From: Candidatus Caccoplasma sp.
Lineage (GTDB): Bacteria > Bacteroidota > Bacteroidia > Bacteroidales > G3-4614
DNA length: 64,000 nucleotides
Direction: 5' to 3'
Assembly (NCBI GenBank): GCA_045613905.1
Contig: JAZLBW010000045.1
Span: 137,647 to 201,646 of the forward strand
Shown here piece after piece: positions 1-10,148 of the stretch (position 1 is the stretch's first letter; each line of letters starts with the position of its first letter). A program made the position numbers and the translations under genes. The notes beneath the pieces were generated by a model, which worked only from the letters and a program-made list of their open reading frames with translations, was not told the DNA's origin and did not search any database.

Positions 1-1
1 G

Positions 2-928
2 AATTTTTCGGCAAATATGCTGGGGTTGGATAATGCTGCAACTCCACTTGGTCTGAAGGCCATGAAGGAGATGCAGGAGATAAACACTCAAAAGGATAAA
101 GCTACCGATGCAATGATTATGTTTTTGGTGCTAAACACCACTGGACTTACACTTGTACCCATAAGCGTAATGGTATATCGCGCTCAAATGGGAGCTGTGA
201 ACCCCTCAGATGTGTTTCTTCCCATTCTTATAGCCACATATATATCAACCCTTGCCGGACTGATAATAACCTGTATAAAACAACGTATAAACCTTTTCGA
301 CAAAGTTATTCTCTCAACCATTGCTGTTGTTACGGCTATAATTGGAGGAGTATTGGTATTCTTTATGAATTTGCCACAAGAGGAGATATCGCTCTATTCA
401 ACCGTAGGAGCAAACTCACTGCTCTTTACAATCATCATGCTGTTCCTAATGGCAGGTGTGCGTAAAAAGATAAATGTATATGAAGCTTTCATTGACGGAG
501 CCAAAGAGGGCTTTAAAACCGCTGTAACAATCATTCCCTACTTGGTAGCTATATTGGTGGCTATAGGAATGTTCAGAGCATCGGGTGCAATGGACTACCT
601 GACAGATGGCATAACCTATTTAGTGGCGGCATGTGGCTTGGATACCGACTTTGTGGGAGCCATCCCCACAGCTCTCATGAAACCTTTGAGCGGAAGCGGA
701 GCAAGAGGTATGATGGTTGATGCAATGGCAACATACGGAGCCGACTCTTTTGTTGCTCGAGTAGCCTCTACGATACAGGGTTCTACCGATACAACACTAT
801 ATATAATTGCCGTATATTTTGGTGCTGTGGGTATTAAAAACAGTCGCTACGCGGCAGGAGTTGGTCTTATTGCCGATTTCATAGGTATAATAGCGGCAAT
901 CTTCACAGCCTACGTCTTTTTTGGATAA
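2..928 (+). CDS. Nucleoside-recognition (SpmA/SpmB-like) integral membrane protein, 5' end cut by window edge
   Basis: The frame is open from nt 2. The protein is multi-pass and hydrophobic and carries LGLDNAATPLGLKAM, typical of fused SpmA/SpmB-type proteins. Confidence 0.65.
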   Translation, partial: NFSANMLGLDNAATPLGLKAMKEMQEINTQKDKATDAMIMFLVLNTTGLTLVPISVMVYRAQMGAVNPSDVFLPILIATYISTLAGLIITCIKQRINLFDKVILSTIAVVTAIIGGVLVFFMNLPQEEISLYSTVGANSLLFTIIMLFLMAGVRKKINVYEAFIDGAKEGFKTAVTIIPYLVAILVAIGMFRASGAMDYLTDGITYLVAACGLDTDFVGAIPTALMKPLSGSGARGMMVDAMATYGADSFVARVASTIQGSTDTTLYIIAVYFGAVGIKNSRYAAGVGLIADFIGIIAAIFTAYVFFG

Positions 929-963
929 AAGGGTTATTAGAGAATCTCTAAATTCAAAAAAAG

Positions 964-1665
964 CTACTCAAAGAAGAAGGTGAGTATAACCATTTTTGAA
1001 CTTACTCTGTCCAACGATGCGGTATATCTGAAATCTGCAGGGTCGATAAGGTCATCTCTCTTGCGATTAAGAATATCGTGCAGACCAAATGAGAATTTCA
1101 ACTCAGGAATGAACTTAAAGTATTGGTAGTATATATCGCATCCCAAACCAATCTCTACATATGTATCATATGTTTTAAGGCGGAGTAAATCACCACGTTT
1201 CTTAGAGACATCAAACGAGGGGGCAATACCTGCCATGATATAAGGGCGATAATTGTTTACTCGCTTAGAACTATATTTTAATTCAATGGGTGCTTGAATA
1301 TAGTTCGACTTTACATCTGTTTTGCGTATATCACCAGAATACTCCCCTTTGAAAGTTACTGTTTTATTACCAAAAAGAAAAGCCGGAGTAAAACGCAAAT
1401 TCAAGTATGGACACAAATAGAGGTCGCACAACAGACCTACGTTGAATCCCGGAGAGAACGAAGGCACTTCTGCCAACCATATTTCACCGTTTTCGTCGGG
1501 TTCTCCTGTTGGAACCAAACGTAAATTCTGCATATTCAAACCCAATGAGAATCCAAAGTGTACACGTTTTTGGTCGGCGTAGGGACGACGTTCCAATTTT
1601 CGTGTTTGAGCCGAAGCCGAAACAACAAAGGATAGGGCAATCAATATGTATAATATACGTTTCAT
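964..1665 (-). CDS. Small outer-membrane beta-barrel protein (PorT / OMP_b-brl_2-like)
   Basis: ATG start. Signal peptide MKRILYILIALSFVVSASAQ, alternating beta-strand pattern, C-terminal aromatic residues (TFFFE). Confidence 0.5.
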   Translation of the reverse strand: MKRILYILIALSFVVSASAQTRKLERRPYADQKRVHFGFSLGLNMQNLRLVPTGEPDENGEIWLAEVPSFSPGFNVGLLCDLYLCPYLNLRFTPAFLFGNKTVTFKGEYSGDIRKTDVKSNYIQAPIELKYSSKRVNNYRPYIMAGIAPSFDVSKKRGDLLRLKTYDTYVEIGLGCDIYYQYFKFIPELKFSFGLHDILNRKRDDLIDPADFRYTASLDRVSSKMVILTFFFE

Positions 1666-1768
1666 ATTCTCTCTTAAAAACGAATAAAATATTTACTTAT
1701 TGCCCTATCCTTCTATTTTTATATACAACACTTTAAAAATCTCCTATGAAGCAGTGTGCCTTTTTACT

Positions 1769-3487
1769 CTAAAACTTAACGGCCGCACCCAATAAGAAGT
1801 GCATTTTTTGAGCAGGCATTCCGTAATATATGTCGTAGTGTTGCGATAATATATTATTCCATTGTAGATTAAAACTAATCATCTTATTTAATGAATATAC
1901 TGCACCTAAATTAAGATCGTATATATCACCCATTTTTTCATTCACGTATATACCCATATCATTTTGGTAGCGGTATCCTCTATCCAATCCCATGTAGAAG
2001 TTTAGATTGAAAGATAGGTTGTTGATAGGATTTACACCCACTTTTATGTTCCACTCGTTTTTGGGTAAGGCAGAAAGTATCTGTTCGCCACCGTCACGAC
2101 TGCGCCAACTGTTCAAATTCCACTTAACCTCTCCCTCGAGTATCTTTTTAAATTTAAAGCTTATATCTGCACCACCTAACCAGCGGTAAGCATCAATAGG
2201 CATATAATCCACCACTTCGTATGACGATATCACTCCATCAACAACAGATTCATTGCATCTTACATCAAACAGAGCATTGGTTGATGTTTTAAATCCACCA
2301 TACACCTTAAGAGTAATGGTTGGATAATAATTGAACACCACTCCTGCAACAGCATTTGTAGCCGTATAACTGTTTGCCAACTGTTTTGTAGGATTTATGT
2401 ATATGTTACGGGCAGAGGTTTTATTCCATGTATTAAGCTCCTTTCCGCCATTGATAATTGTATAGAACTGAAAATATTTACCTAAGTTGGCATTAAATTC
2501 AACATCGGGTGCAAAACGGAAAATTGTTCCATCGTTGGCAGATATATCCATCTTTACACCTGCTTTCAGGCGTATTGCATTGTTCGAGAACTTATAGAAT
2601 GGAGTAAACGATAGTATGGTATAGTTATTTGCCAAGGATGCGGAGTTATAGAAAAGATTATCCATTTTCACATCCACACCTAAACTATTATTTATACCTC
2701 CCAATTTAGCTTCCATTTCAAAGTTGGTTTTAAGGTGATTCTCTCTACCACCGGCTTCGCCGATAATATATCCCGATTTATTGTAGTAACCGACAAATCC
2801 AATTGAAGCTCCTATTGTAAATTTATCATTTTTTGTTGAACGAAACGATGTTCCTATTGCATACTGATTTACCTTTTGATATTCAGCTGCTGAAGGAGTT
2901 TGATATTGAGGCATAAGTGGCGCACCATAATAGTTGAATTTATTATGTTTGTAAGCAATGTTCGACTCCCACTCCAATTTATTGAACCCATGTTTGTAGG
3001 TTAAATTTACTACATTGCTATTTAGGTGTTGATACACATCGCTTCCACCATACACAGGAACATTATCTTTATATTTTAGTCTGCCACCTGTCGAGGTATG
3101 GTTATACCAAACACCCAATTGGTCGCTTTGAGTGTTTATTAATCTTATACCTGCATCGGCATTTATATTGAGATTATTTCCCATACCAAAGTTGGCATAT
3201 CCTCTTTGAGCATCACTATTTTGTTGATTGTTTAACTCTCTTACCAAAAGGGGTTGTGACGATGGTGTTTCTGCTAAAGGCTCAGCCCATGAAGAATACT
3301 CGCTTTGAGGTTTTTCTACCCTTGGATTCTCTGCTTTGGGAACACCTGTCTTTTTTACAGCCATATCAACTTCAGGAGTATATTCCTTCTCTATGGTAAC
3401 CTCCCTATCTATATTTTGTGCTTTAACCTGATATATATTAAGTATTAAAGCTGTTATGGCAAATAATATTATCTGTTTAGTTCTCAT
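1769..3487 (-). CDS. Predicted outer-membrane beta-barrel protein of unknown function (572 aa)
   Basis: Signal peptide ending VKAQ, Y/G/N-rich amphipathic strands, terminal ...GAAVKF. Overlaps the upstream TPR gene by 11 nt, suggesting coupled translation. Confidence 0.55.
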   Translation of the reverse strand: MRTKQIILFAITALILNIYQVKAQNIDREVTIEKEYTPEVDMAVKKTGVPKAENPRVEKPQSEYSSWAEPLAETPSSQPLLVRELNNQQNSDAQRGYANFGMGNNLNINADAGIRLINTQSDQLGVWYNHTSTGGRLKYKDNVPVYGGSDVYQHLNSNVVNLTYKHGFNKLEWESNIAYKHNKFNYYGAPLMPQYQTPSAAEYQKVNQYAIGTSFRSTKNDKFTIGASIGFVGYYNKSGYIIGEAGGRENHLKTNFEMEAKLGGINNSLGVDVKMDNLFYNSASLANNYTILSFTPFYKFSNNAIRLKAGVKMDISANDGTIFRFAPDVEFNANLGKYFQFYTIINGGKELNTWNKTSARNIYINPTKQLANSYTATNAVAGVVFNYYPTITLKVYGGFKTSTNALFDVRCNESVVDGVISSYEVVDYMPIDAYRWLGGADISFKFKKILEGEVKWNLNSWRSRDGGEQILSALPKNEWNIKVGVNPINNLSFNLNFYMGLDRGYRYQNDMGIYVNEKMGDIYDLNLGAVYSLNKMISFNLQWNNILSQHYDIYYGMPAQKMHFLLGAAVKF

Positions 3488-6473
3488 ATTTTGCTAATCT
3501 TGTTTTTATCATGGTTTGAATATCGTCTTTTTCGGTATAGTTGCTCTTTAAGCTGTTCAAGTATTGTTTGGCTTTAAAGCTATCGCCTTGTTCATCTGAA
3601 ATATCAGACAACAATATAATTCCGCGAGCAATCCAATATCTGTCAACATTAGAGCTTGACAAAAGCAGATTTATACTCTCTTCTGCCTCTGAAAGCATAC
3701 CTTTATCGTAATACAACTCTGCTACCATGTATTTAGCCTCTGACGAGTATGCAGTGTGCTGAATGGCAGACAACTCCTCCCAATCATTTTCAGCCTTTTC
3801 AACGTTGCCTAAAGCTGTGTAGGCTTTTGCTCTATAATATCTTACTTCGTCAAGATTTGGTATATCTGCATCATCTGATAATATTTGCGAAGCCATGGTT
3901 ATAACCTCGTTATCCTTTTCGTCCAATGCCAAGACTCTCACAACCGACGATTTTGCCTCTCTTCCAAGTTGTGTTGTACCATATTCGGTAGCAAGGCGAA
4001 GATAATATTGGTATGCCTTCTCATAGTTTTTATCCAACTCTTCAATTGAAGCCAAAGAGTGTAGAGTCTCTTCAAGTAATATGATATTTTTACTTACCAA
4101 CACTTTCTCAAAAAATAGTCGAGCCTCATCAAATTTATTGTTATTGAAGGCATATTGTCCAACATAGTATGAGGCATTGGGGGTAAATGTTCCTGCAGGA
4201 TATTTGTTTATATAGTTTTTCAACTGAGTAACACTCTTGTCGCTTGGCGATTGTAAAAAGGCACTCTCTGCAGCATAATAAGTCAAAGAGTCCATTTGAG
4301 CATTACTGTAAACATCATCACCTTTAATCTCTTTTATATAATTTGCATAAGGCTCAATATCGCCTTGCTGAACATGATAGTTTTTTAAGTCCTCCATTGC
4401 AACCTTTGCCTCATTACTACCGGAATACTCCTCTATAAGAGTCTTATAAGCCGACACAGCTTTGGCACTCTCTCCTTTGTTCATATATATCAAAGCCGAT
4501 TGTAACAAAGCCTCACGAGCCTCGTTTGTCTTTGGATAAAGATCATAAACTTTTGCAAAAGAGTTTAAAGCATCGTCATACTTATTTAAGGCAATTTGAG
4601 CATTTCCTTTTTCCATCATGGCTTTTGGAGCGTATGATGATTTAGGATATAGCATAATAAGATTATTCATGGCTTCAATCTTGTTGCTATATTGATTCTC
4701 CACGCCGTATATGATACCTTGCATGTAGATAGAGTAATCGGCAGAGAGATTATAAATTTTTTCTGCTTCGCTAAAAGCCTTAATTGCATCACTGTATCTC
4801 TTTGTCATGTACAAACAATCACCTTTTCGATTGTAGGCATCGGCTTTAACAGCCTTATCACTACTGTTTTTTGCAATATACTTGCTGAACTGTTTCTCTG
4901 CCTCGCCATACATTTTTTGCATAAAAAAGGCATATCCCAGAGAGTAATAAGCATTAATGTTGGGTTGTTTCAATAAAGAAATATGTTTCTTAAAGTCGCT
5001 CTCGGCTTGAGAATACTTTTTGAACATATAATTTATCTCTCCCCTCCACAAATATGCTTTAGCCTTGATATCTTTGCTGTAATCACCAACATTTATGCTT
5101 TTATTAAAATAATCTTTAGCTTTTGAATACTCTTTTTTCTCAAACTCCTGAGTAGCCAAATTATAAAGTATTATCTGTTTAGCCTTTAACAACTCTTTGG
5201 TAGGATTGTTTACTTTATTTACCGATTCCAAAGCAGCTTTATAATTTTTTGTGGTGTAATAACTTGCTGCCAACAGCTGATTTATACTCTCTGCATTTGT
5301 ATTATTTGGAAAGAGATTTATATAATTTTCATAAACCTCAATCTTTTTATCGAACGGAAGTATATTACTCTCCTCCACAAGCACGCAATAGTTAAACATA
5401 GCACTCTCTTTTGCTTGTAGGTCGCCATCTTCGGTCATAGCTTTCTCGTAAGCAAATATAGCTCCGTTTTTATCGTTGGTCTTTAAATAAGAGTGTCCCA
5501 AATACAGATAAGCACTTTGAGAATATTGGTTAACATCACCTGTAAGCATAATCAATGTTTTTATGGCATCGGCATACTGCATTTTGTTATAGTAAGCCAC
5601 ACCCAAAAGATAGATGCTGCGTTTATCACCGCCTGTTGCCTGATTATACTCTTGAAGATATTTTATGGCACTATCTATATTATCTGAGGCAAAATAACTC
5701 TCACCACAAATCTTTTTAAGGGGAGATATATAACTTTCCGAACATTTTGGGTTATTCAATAACTCTTCACCCGATGTAACAGCCGAAGAGTAACGTTTTA
5801 AAACAAAATCAATATTTGTCAAATAATATTTTGCACTCTCACCATATGTTTTGTCATCTCTACACAATAAAAACTGCTCCTCGGCAGATGTATAATCTTC
5901 TTGAGCATAGTTGGCACAAGCCAAATGAAAGAGTACAGGTATTCTGTTTGCCGATTTTTTAGTATCAATTCTGCTCAACTCCGCTTCTGCCTGTGCATAC
6001 TCCTTTTTACTGAATAGCATTATGCTTTTATTTATCACATACTCCTCCTGTTCGTCAGTAGAGAGTCTGTTGTAATCAATATTATTGAAACACTTTTCAG
6101 CCTCCTCAAAATCACCCTCAGCCATATAAGCATTAGCCAACATCAATTCAACCCTTTGAGCATATAAAAGGTCGTTGTTGTTATTTTTATACTCAGCTAT
6201 TTTACTCTTAATATCTCTATCTCCCGAACGATATACACTCTCCAATTCAAGAAACTCCGCATCTACCTCCGATGTGTGATGAGCATTGTAATTTCCCTCA
6301 TAAAGAGCATTATCGAGCTTATGATTTACCCCAAGAGAATTCCCACTCTTATACATGTTTATAAGAGAATTAGGTGTGGTAAATAGAACAACATTCTCTT
6401 GAGCATTAACTACCGAAGAGAAGAATATAGAAAACAACAGTACTATTTTGAATTTTATTTTGGGATATCTCAT
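3477..6473 (-). CDS. Large secreted tetratricopeptide-repeat protein (998 aa)
   Basis: Signal peptide ...SSVVNAQ and dozens of TPR-like A/Y/L repeats (e.g. AYLYLGHSYLKTNDKNGAIFAYEKA). Confidence 0.8.
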   Translation of the reverse strand: MRYPKIKFKIVLLFSIFFSSVVNAQENVVLFTTPNSLINMYKSGNSLGVNHKLDNALYEGNYNAHHTSEVDAEFLELESVYRSGDRDIKSKIAEYKNNNNDLLYAQRVELMLANAYMAEGDFEEAEKCFNNIDYNRLSTDEQEEYVINKSIMLFSKKEYAQAEAELSRIDTKKSANRIPVLFHLACANYAQEDYTSAEEQFLLCRDDKTYGESAKYYLTNIDFVLKRYSSAVTSGEELLNNPKCSESYISPLKKICGESYFASDNIDSAIKYLQEYNQATGGDKRSIYLLGVAYYNKMQYADAIKTLIMLTGDVNQYSQSAYLYLGHSYLKTNDKNGAIFAYEKAMTEDGDLQAKESAMFNYCVLVEESNILPFDKKIEVYENYINLFPNNTNAESINQLLAASYYTTKNYKAALESVNKVNNPTKELLKAKQIILYNLATQEFEKKEYSKAKDYFNKSINVGDYSKDIKAKAYLWRGEINYMFKKYSQAESDFKKHISLLKQPNINAYYSLGYAFFMQKMYGEAEKQFSKYIAKNSSDKAVKADAYNRKGDCLYMTKRYSDAIKAFSEAEKIYNLSADYSIYMQGIIYGVENQYSNKIEAMNNLIMLYPKSSYAPKAMMEKGNAQIALNKYDDALNSFAKVYDLYPKTNEAREALLQSALIYMNKGESAKAVSAYKTLIEEYSGSNEAKVAMEDLKNYHVQQGDIEPYANYIKEIKGDDVYSNAQMDSLTYYAAESAFLQSPSDKSVTQLKNYINKYPAGTFTPNASYYVGQYAFNNNKFDEARLFFEKVLVSKNIILLEETLHSLASIEELDKNYEKAYQYYLRLATEYGTTQLGREAKSSVVRVLALDEKDNEVITMASQILSDDADIPNLDEVRYYRAKAYTALGNVEKAENDWEELSAIQHTAYSSEAKYMVAELYYDKGMLSEAEESINLLLSSSNVDRYWIARGIILLSDISDEQGDSFKAKQYLNSLKSNYTEKDDIQTMIKTRLAKYEN

Positions 6474-6628
6474 TTCTTATTCTGTTTTAATTAACAAAAA
6501 TATATTTATCTAATTTCAGTATAAAACTCCTATCTGTTAAGTGTGAGTATATTTTTTACAAAAGGTTTATTTTAATCACCCTTTTTTTTAAATTTTAAAT
6601 ATTTAAACATACTACTCATCACACAAAA

Positions 6629-8167
6629 TCATCTTCCCCAATTACCTCTGTCGAGGTTGCGATAGGTAATTGCCTCTTGAATATGATAACTCTTAACACT
6701 CTCGCTACCATCCAAATCGGCAATGGTGCGGGCAACTTTTAAAATACGATCATATGCACGTGCCGAAAGATTAAATCTCTCCATGGCAGTTTTAAGCATT
6801 GCAATGCTATCACTATCGGGCAATGCCCACTTATTTAACAAACGAGTATTCATTTGAGCATTGCAATATACACCGGGAGTATCTTTAAAACGCTCTGTCT
6901 GTATCTCTCTTGCCTTTATTACACGCTCTCTTATAACCGCACTCGATTCGCCCTTTACAGTTGATGAGAGTTTATCAAACTCAACAGGAACCACCTCTAT
7001 TTGTATATCAATACGGTCTAACAACGGACCGGAAATTCTGTTCAGATAACGAGTAACTGCACCTTCACTGCAAATGCACTCCTTGGTAGGATGATTATAG
7101 TATCCACAAGGACATGGATTCATACTTGCCACCAACATGATACCTGCAGGATATTCAACCGTGTTTTTAGCTCTTGAGATTGTTATTTTTCGGTCTTCAA
7201 GAGGTTGGCGCATCACCTCTAATACCGAACGCGAAAATTCGGGTAATTCATCCAAAAACAACACTCCATTGTGAGCAAGTGAAATTTCTCCCGGTTGAGG
7301 ATATGTTCCACCACCAACCAATGCCACTCCGGAAATTGTGTGGTGAGGCGAACGAAAAGGACGACATGTAATCAAAGAACCACCTTCTGAGGTACGACCT
7401 GCAACGGAGTGAATCTTTGTGGTTTCAAGAGCTTCGTCCAAAGTGAGTGGAGGAAGTATGGTAGGAATTCTTTTTGCCAACATTGATTTTCCCGAACCGG
7501 GAGGACCTATCATTATAAGATTATGACCTCCTGCGGCGGCAACTTCAAATGCACGTTTTACATTTTCCTGTCCCTTTACATCTTCAAAATCTATATTAAA
7601 TAGATGTTGTTTATCGTAAAATTCTCTTTGGGTGTCAATAACTACTTGTTGAAGTTGTTGTTCATCATTAAAATAGGCAACAACCTCATTAATATTTTCA
7701 ACCCCGAATACCTCCAATCCATCAACAACGGCAGCTTCCAAGGCATTCTCTTTAGGAAGAATAAAACCTCTATATCCTTGCTCTTTTGCCATTATGGCAA
7801 TTGGTAAAGCACCTTTAATGGGCAGTATAGAACCATCAAGCGACAACTCTCCCATAATAAGATAATCTTTAAACTTATCGCTTTTAAGTTCCTCGTTTGC
7901 CGCCAACAAACCTATTGCAATGGGTAAGTCATAAGCCGAACCCTCTTTCTTTATATCGGCAGGTGCAAGATTAACCACCACCTTTCTTCGTGGAAATTTA
8001 AGAGAGTTATGCGAAAGAGCAGAAATTATACGCTGATGACTCTCTTTAACAGCAGCATCGGGCAAACCCACCATAAAGAATTGTATTCCTTGAGTACAGT
8101 TTACCTCTATTGTTACTATTTGAGCTTCAATACCTTGAAGTGCAGCAGCGTAAATTTTTGTAAGCAT
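6629..8167 (-). CDS. comM: YifB/ComM family Mg-chelatase-like AAA+ ATPase
   Basis: Walker A GPPGSGKSMLAKR, LFLDELPEF Walker B region, C-terminal ChlI-like helix bundle. Typical length of 512 aa. Confidence 0.9.
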   Translation of the reverse strand: MLTKIYAAALQGIEAQIVTIEVNCTQGIQFFMVGLPDAAVKESHQRIISALSHNSLKFPRRKVVVNLAPADIKKEGSAYDLPIAIGLLAANEELKSDKFKDYLIMGELSLDGSILPIKGALPIAIMAKEQGYRGFILPKENALEAAVVDGLEVFGVENINEVVAYFNDEQQLQQVVIDTQREFYDKQHLFNIDFEDVKGQENVKRAFEVAAAGGHNLIMIGPPGSGKSMLAKRIPTILPPLTLDEALETTKIHSVAGRTSEGGSLITCRPFRSPHHTISGVALVGGGTYPQPGEISLAHNGVLFLDELPEFSRSVLEVMRQPLEDRKITISRAKNTVEYPAGIMLVASMNPCPCGYYNHPTKECICSEGAVTRYLNRISGPLLDRIDIQIEVVPVEFDKLSSTVKGESSAVIRERVIKAREIQTERFKDTPGVYCNAQMNTRLLNKWALPDSDSIAMLKTAMERFNLSARAYDRILKVARTIADLDGSESVKSYHIQEAITYRNLDRGNWGR

Positions 8168-8176
8168 TTTTATATA

Positions 8177-9331
8177 TTATTTTTTAACTCTTTTATTTCT
8201 GTTTTTTCTTATTTCATCAATACTATCATTATTGATAATGGTTTTGTTTATAAGATAAGAGAGAGAATCAAATTCCAACTCTCTGCCTATTATTATACCA
8301 TTACGATTTAAAAGAAAAACAGATGGAACAGATCTTAAATTTATGGTAGAAATATCTTTATTCATCCAACCATCGGATATATGAGTTTGCCAGGATTTTG
8401 TTTCAATGCTATCCAATACCGAAAGCCAACTGTATTTATCTATATCCAATGAAACCATATGAGAAGATATTTTATCTTTTTGTTTTAAGGTATCATAAAA
8501 AACCTCCATCTCTTTAACTTTTAAAACAGATAAAGAGTCGGAAGAGTCCCAAAAGGTTATAATAGTAATTTTGTTTTTGTATGTATAACTATAAACCAAA
8601 CTATCCTTTGGAGTTCTTAATTGAGAATAAGGCAAAACTTTACCCTTATCCAATTTTTGCAAAGCCGCAAAGTGTTCAATTCGAGCCGATATAACCTCCT
8701 CTTTGGCAGATGGAGATAATTTTTCTGATAAATTCTTTGTCAGTTTTTTATATTTGGGCGATGCAATATAGTTATACAAAACAAATGTAGATGCAGGAGA
8801 TGTTAAGTTAGACTTAACAAATTCGGTTGCCACCCCTACAATGGATTCATTTATGCTATCCAATTTTTGAATATATAAAGAATCAGTGTATTGAGAGATA
8901 AAGATGTTTTTTAAAGAGTCATATTCAGAAAACAATCTGCTGTTTTCATTAAGAAATTCTCCCAATAATATATTGGTTGAATCTTTTGAAACAACAGCTT
9001 TATAAGATTTTGAAGAACCTGATAAAGAGACCTTATCACTCTCTTTCAGGAATAGCGATGTTATATTGTTATTATTTTCATTTAACAATAAAACAGGAGT
9101 TCTGCTACTATTTAATTTAAGATTATGCTTAAATTTATTTTTTACAATAGGGATAGTGTCAGTAATAATTCCCGATTCAAAATTTTCATATACCGCATAA
9201 ATATTTTCACCCTCATAATCGGTAAACTTACCTTCTATCTCTTTGGTGGAGAATACATCTCCATTACTGCACGATGACAAAATAAATAATATAGACAATA
9301 AATATATAATATTTCTCATTTTTTTAATCAT
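8177..9331 (-). CDS. Thioredoxin-fold (TlpA/AhpC-like) lipoprotein lacking the CxxC motif
   Basis: Start moved to the ATG at 9331 (or 9319), which gives the lipobox LSILFILSSC. The C-terminal TlpA-like fold reads ITFWDSSDSLSV where WCxxC is expected. Confidence 0.6.
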   Translation of the reverse strand: MIKKMRNIIYLLSILFILSSCSNGDVFSTKEIEGKFTDYEGENIYAVYENFESGIITDTIPIVKNKFKHNLKLNSSRTPVLLLNENNNNITSLFLKESDKVSLSGSSKSYKAVVSKDSTNILLGEFLNENSRLFSEYDSLKNIFISQYTDSLYIQKLDSINESIVGVATEFVKSNLTSPASTFVLYNYIASPKYKKLTKNLSEKLSPSAKEEVISARIEHFAALQKLDKGKVLPYSQLRTPKDSLVYSYTYKNKITIITFWDSSDSLSVLKVKEMEVFYDTLKQKDKISSHMVSLDIDKYSWLSVLDSIETKSWQTHISDGWMNKDISTINLRSVPSVFLLNRNGIIIGRELEFDSLSYLINKTIINNDSIDEIRKNRNKRVKK

Positions 9332-9335
9332 TTTA

Positions 9336-9575
9336 TCAAGGATTATACAAATCGGTATTTCTGAACTCCAATATATCAATTAACATACTATGCGCCTCTT
9401 TGGCAGGAGATTGAGGATTTATTTCAACTGCCGAAAGATAACACCTTATAGCTTGCGGAATATTTCCTGCTTTTCGATAAGCATTACCTAAACGAAAAAA
9501 AGCGGTATCATCACCTTTATTCTCTTGAGTATATCTCTCCAACTCTAAAATAATCTCATCAAGGTTATCGCTCAT
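9336..9575 (-). CDS. Small single-TPR protein (79 aa)
   Basis: ATG start 1 nt after the purN stop. Carries the TPR-like stretch FFRLGNAYRKAGNIPQAIRCYLSAVEINP. Confidence 0.55.
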   Translation of the reverse strand: MSDNLDEIILELERYTQENKGDDTAFFRLGNAYRKAGNIPQAIRCYLSAVEINPQSPAKEAHSMLIDILEFRNTDLYNP

Positions 9576-9576
9576 A

Positions 9577-10134
9577 TTACAAAATTTCGTTTATTGTATC
9601 AACGTACAACTTATGTTCTATTTTTAATAATCTCTTTTTCAAATACTCAATATCATCTCCCCTATATTCAAAACTCTTTTGAGCTATGATTTTACCACCA
9701 TCCAAACTACTATCAACATAATGTATGGTAATACCATACACCTTAACGCCAAATTCCATAGCCTGTTCAATGGCATCTTTACCTCTGAACGAAGGTAATA
9801 AAGACGGATGAGTATTAATGATTATTCCTTCATATTTGCTTAAAAGCTCTTTACCAATAATTCTCATATAACCTGCCAAACAAATAAGATCGACGTTATA
9901 TGAAGAGAGTTTGTCGTTTATGGCTTTTTCATAATCATCTTTCGAAGTAAAATCACGAGGAGATACCACAAAAGACTCAATACCTAAACGTTCGGCTCTT
10001 TTTATGGCATAAGCATCTTTTTTATCGCACACCAAAAGAAGAACCTTTGCATCAATTTTTTTATTTATGCATGCCTTTGCTATGGCTTCAAAATTTGAAC
10101 CATTACCTGAAGCAAATACAACTAAATTTTTCAA
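9577..10134 (-). CDS. purN: Phosphoribosylglycinamide formyltransferase
   Basis: N-terminal VFASGNGSNFEAI and INTHPSLLPSFRG motifs. The start codon is TTG and there is no in-frame ATG at the canonical N-terminus. Confidence 0.9.
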   Translation of the reverse strand: MKNLVVFASGNGSNFEAIAKACINKKIDAKVLLLVCDKKDAYAIKRAERLGIESFVVSPRDFTSKDDYEKAINDKLSSYNVDLICLAGYMRIIGKELLSKYEGIIINTHPSLLPSFRGKDAIEQAMEFGVKVYGITIHYVDSSLDGGKIIAQKSFEYRGDDIEYLKKRLLKIEHKLYVDTINEIL

Positions 10135-10148
10135 CTTATAGTGCTTTA

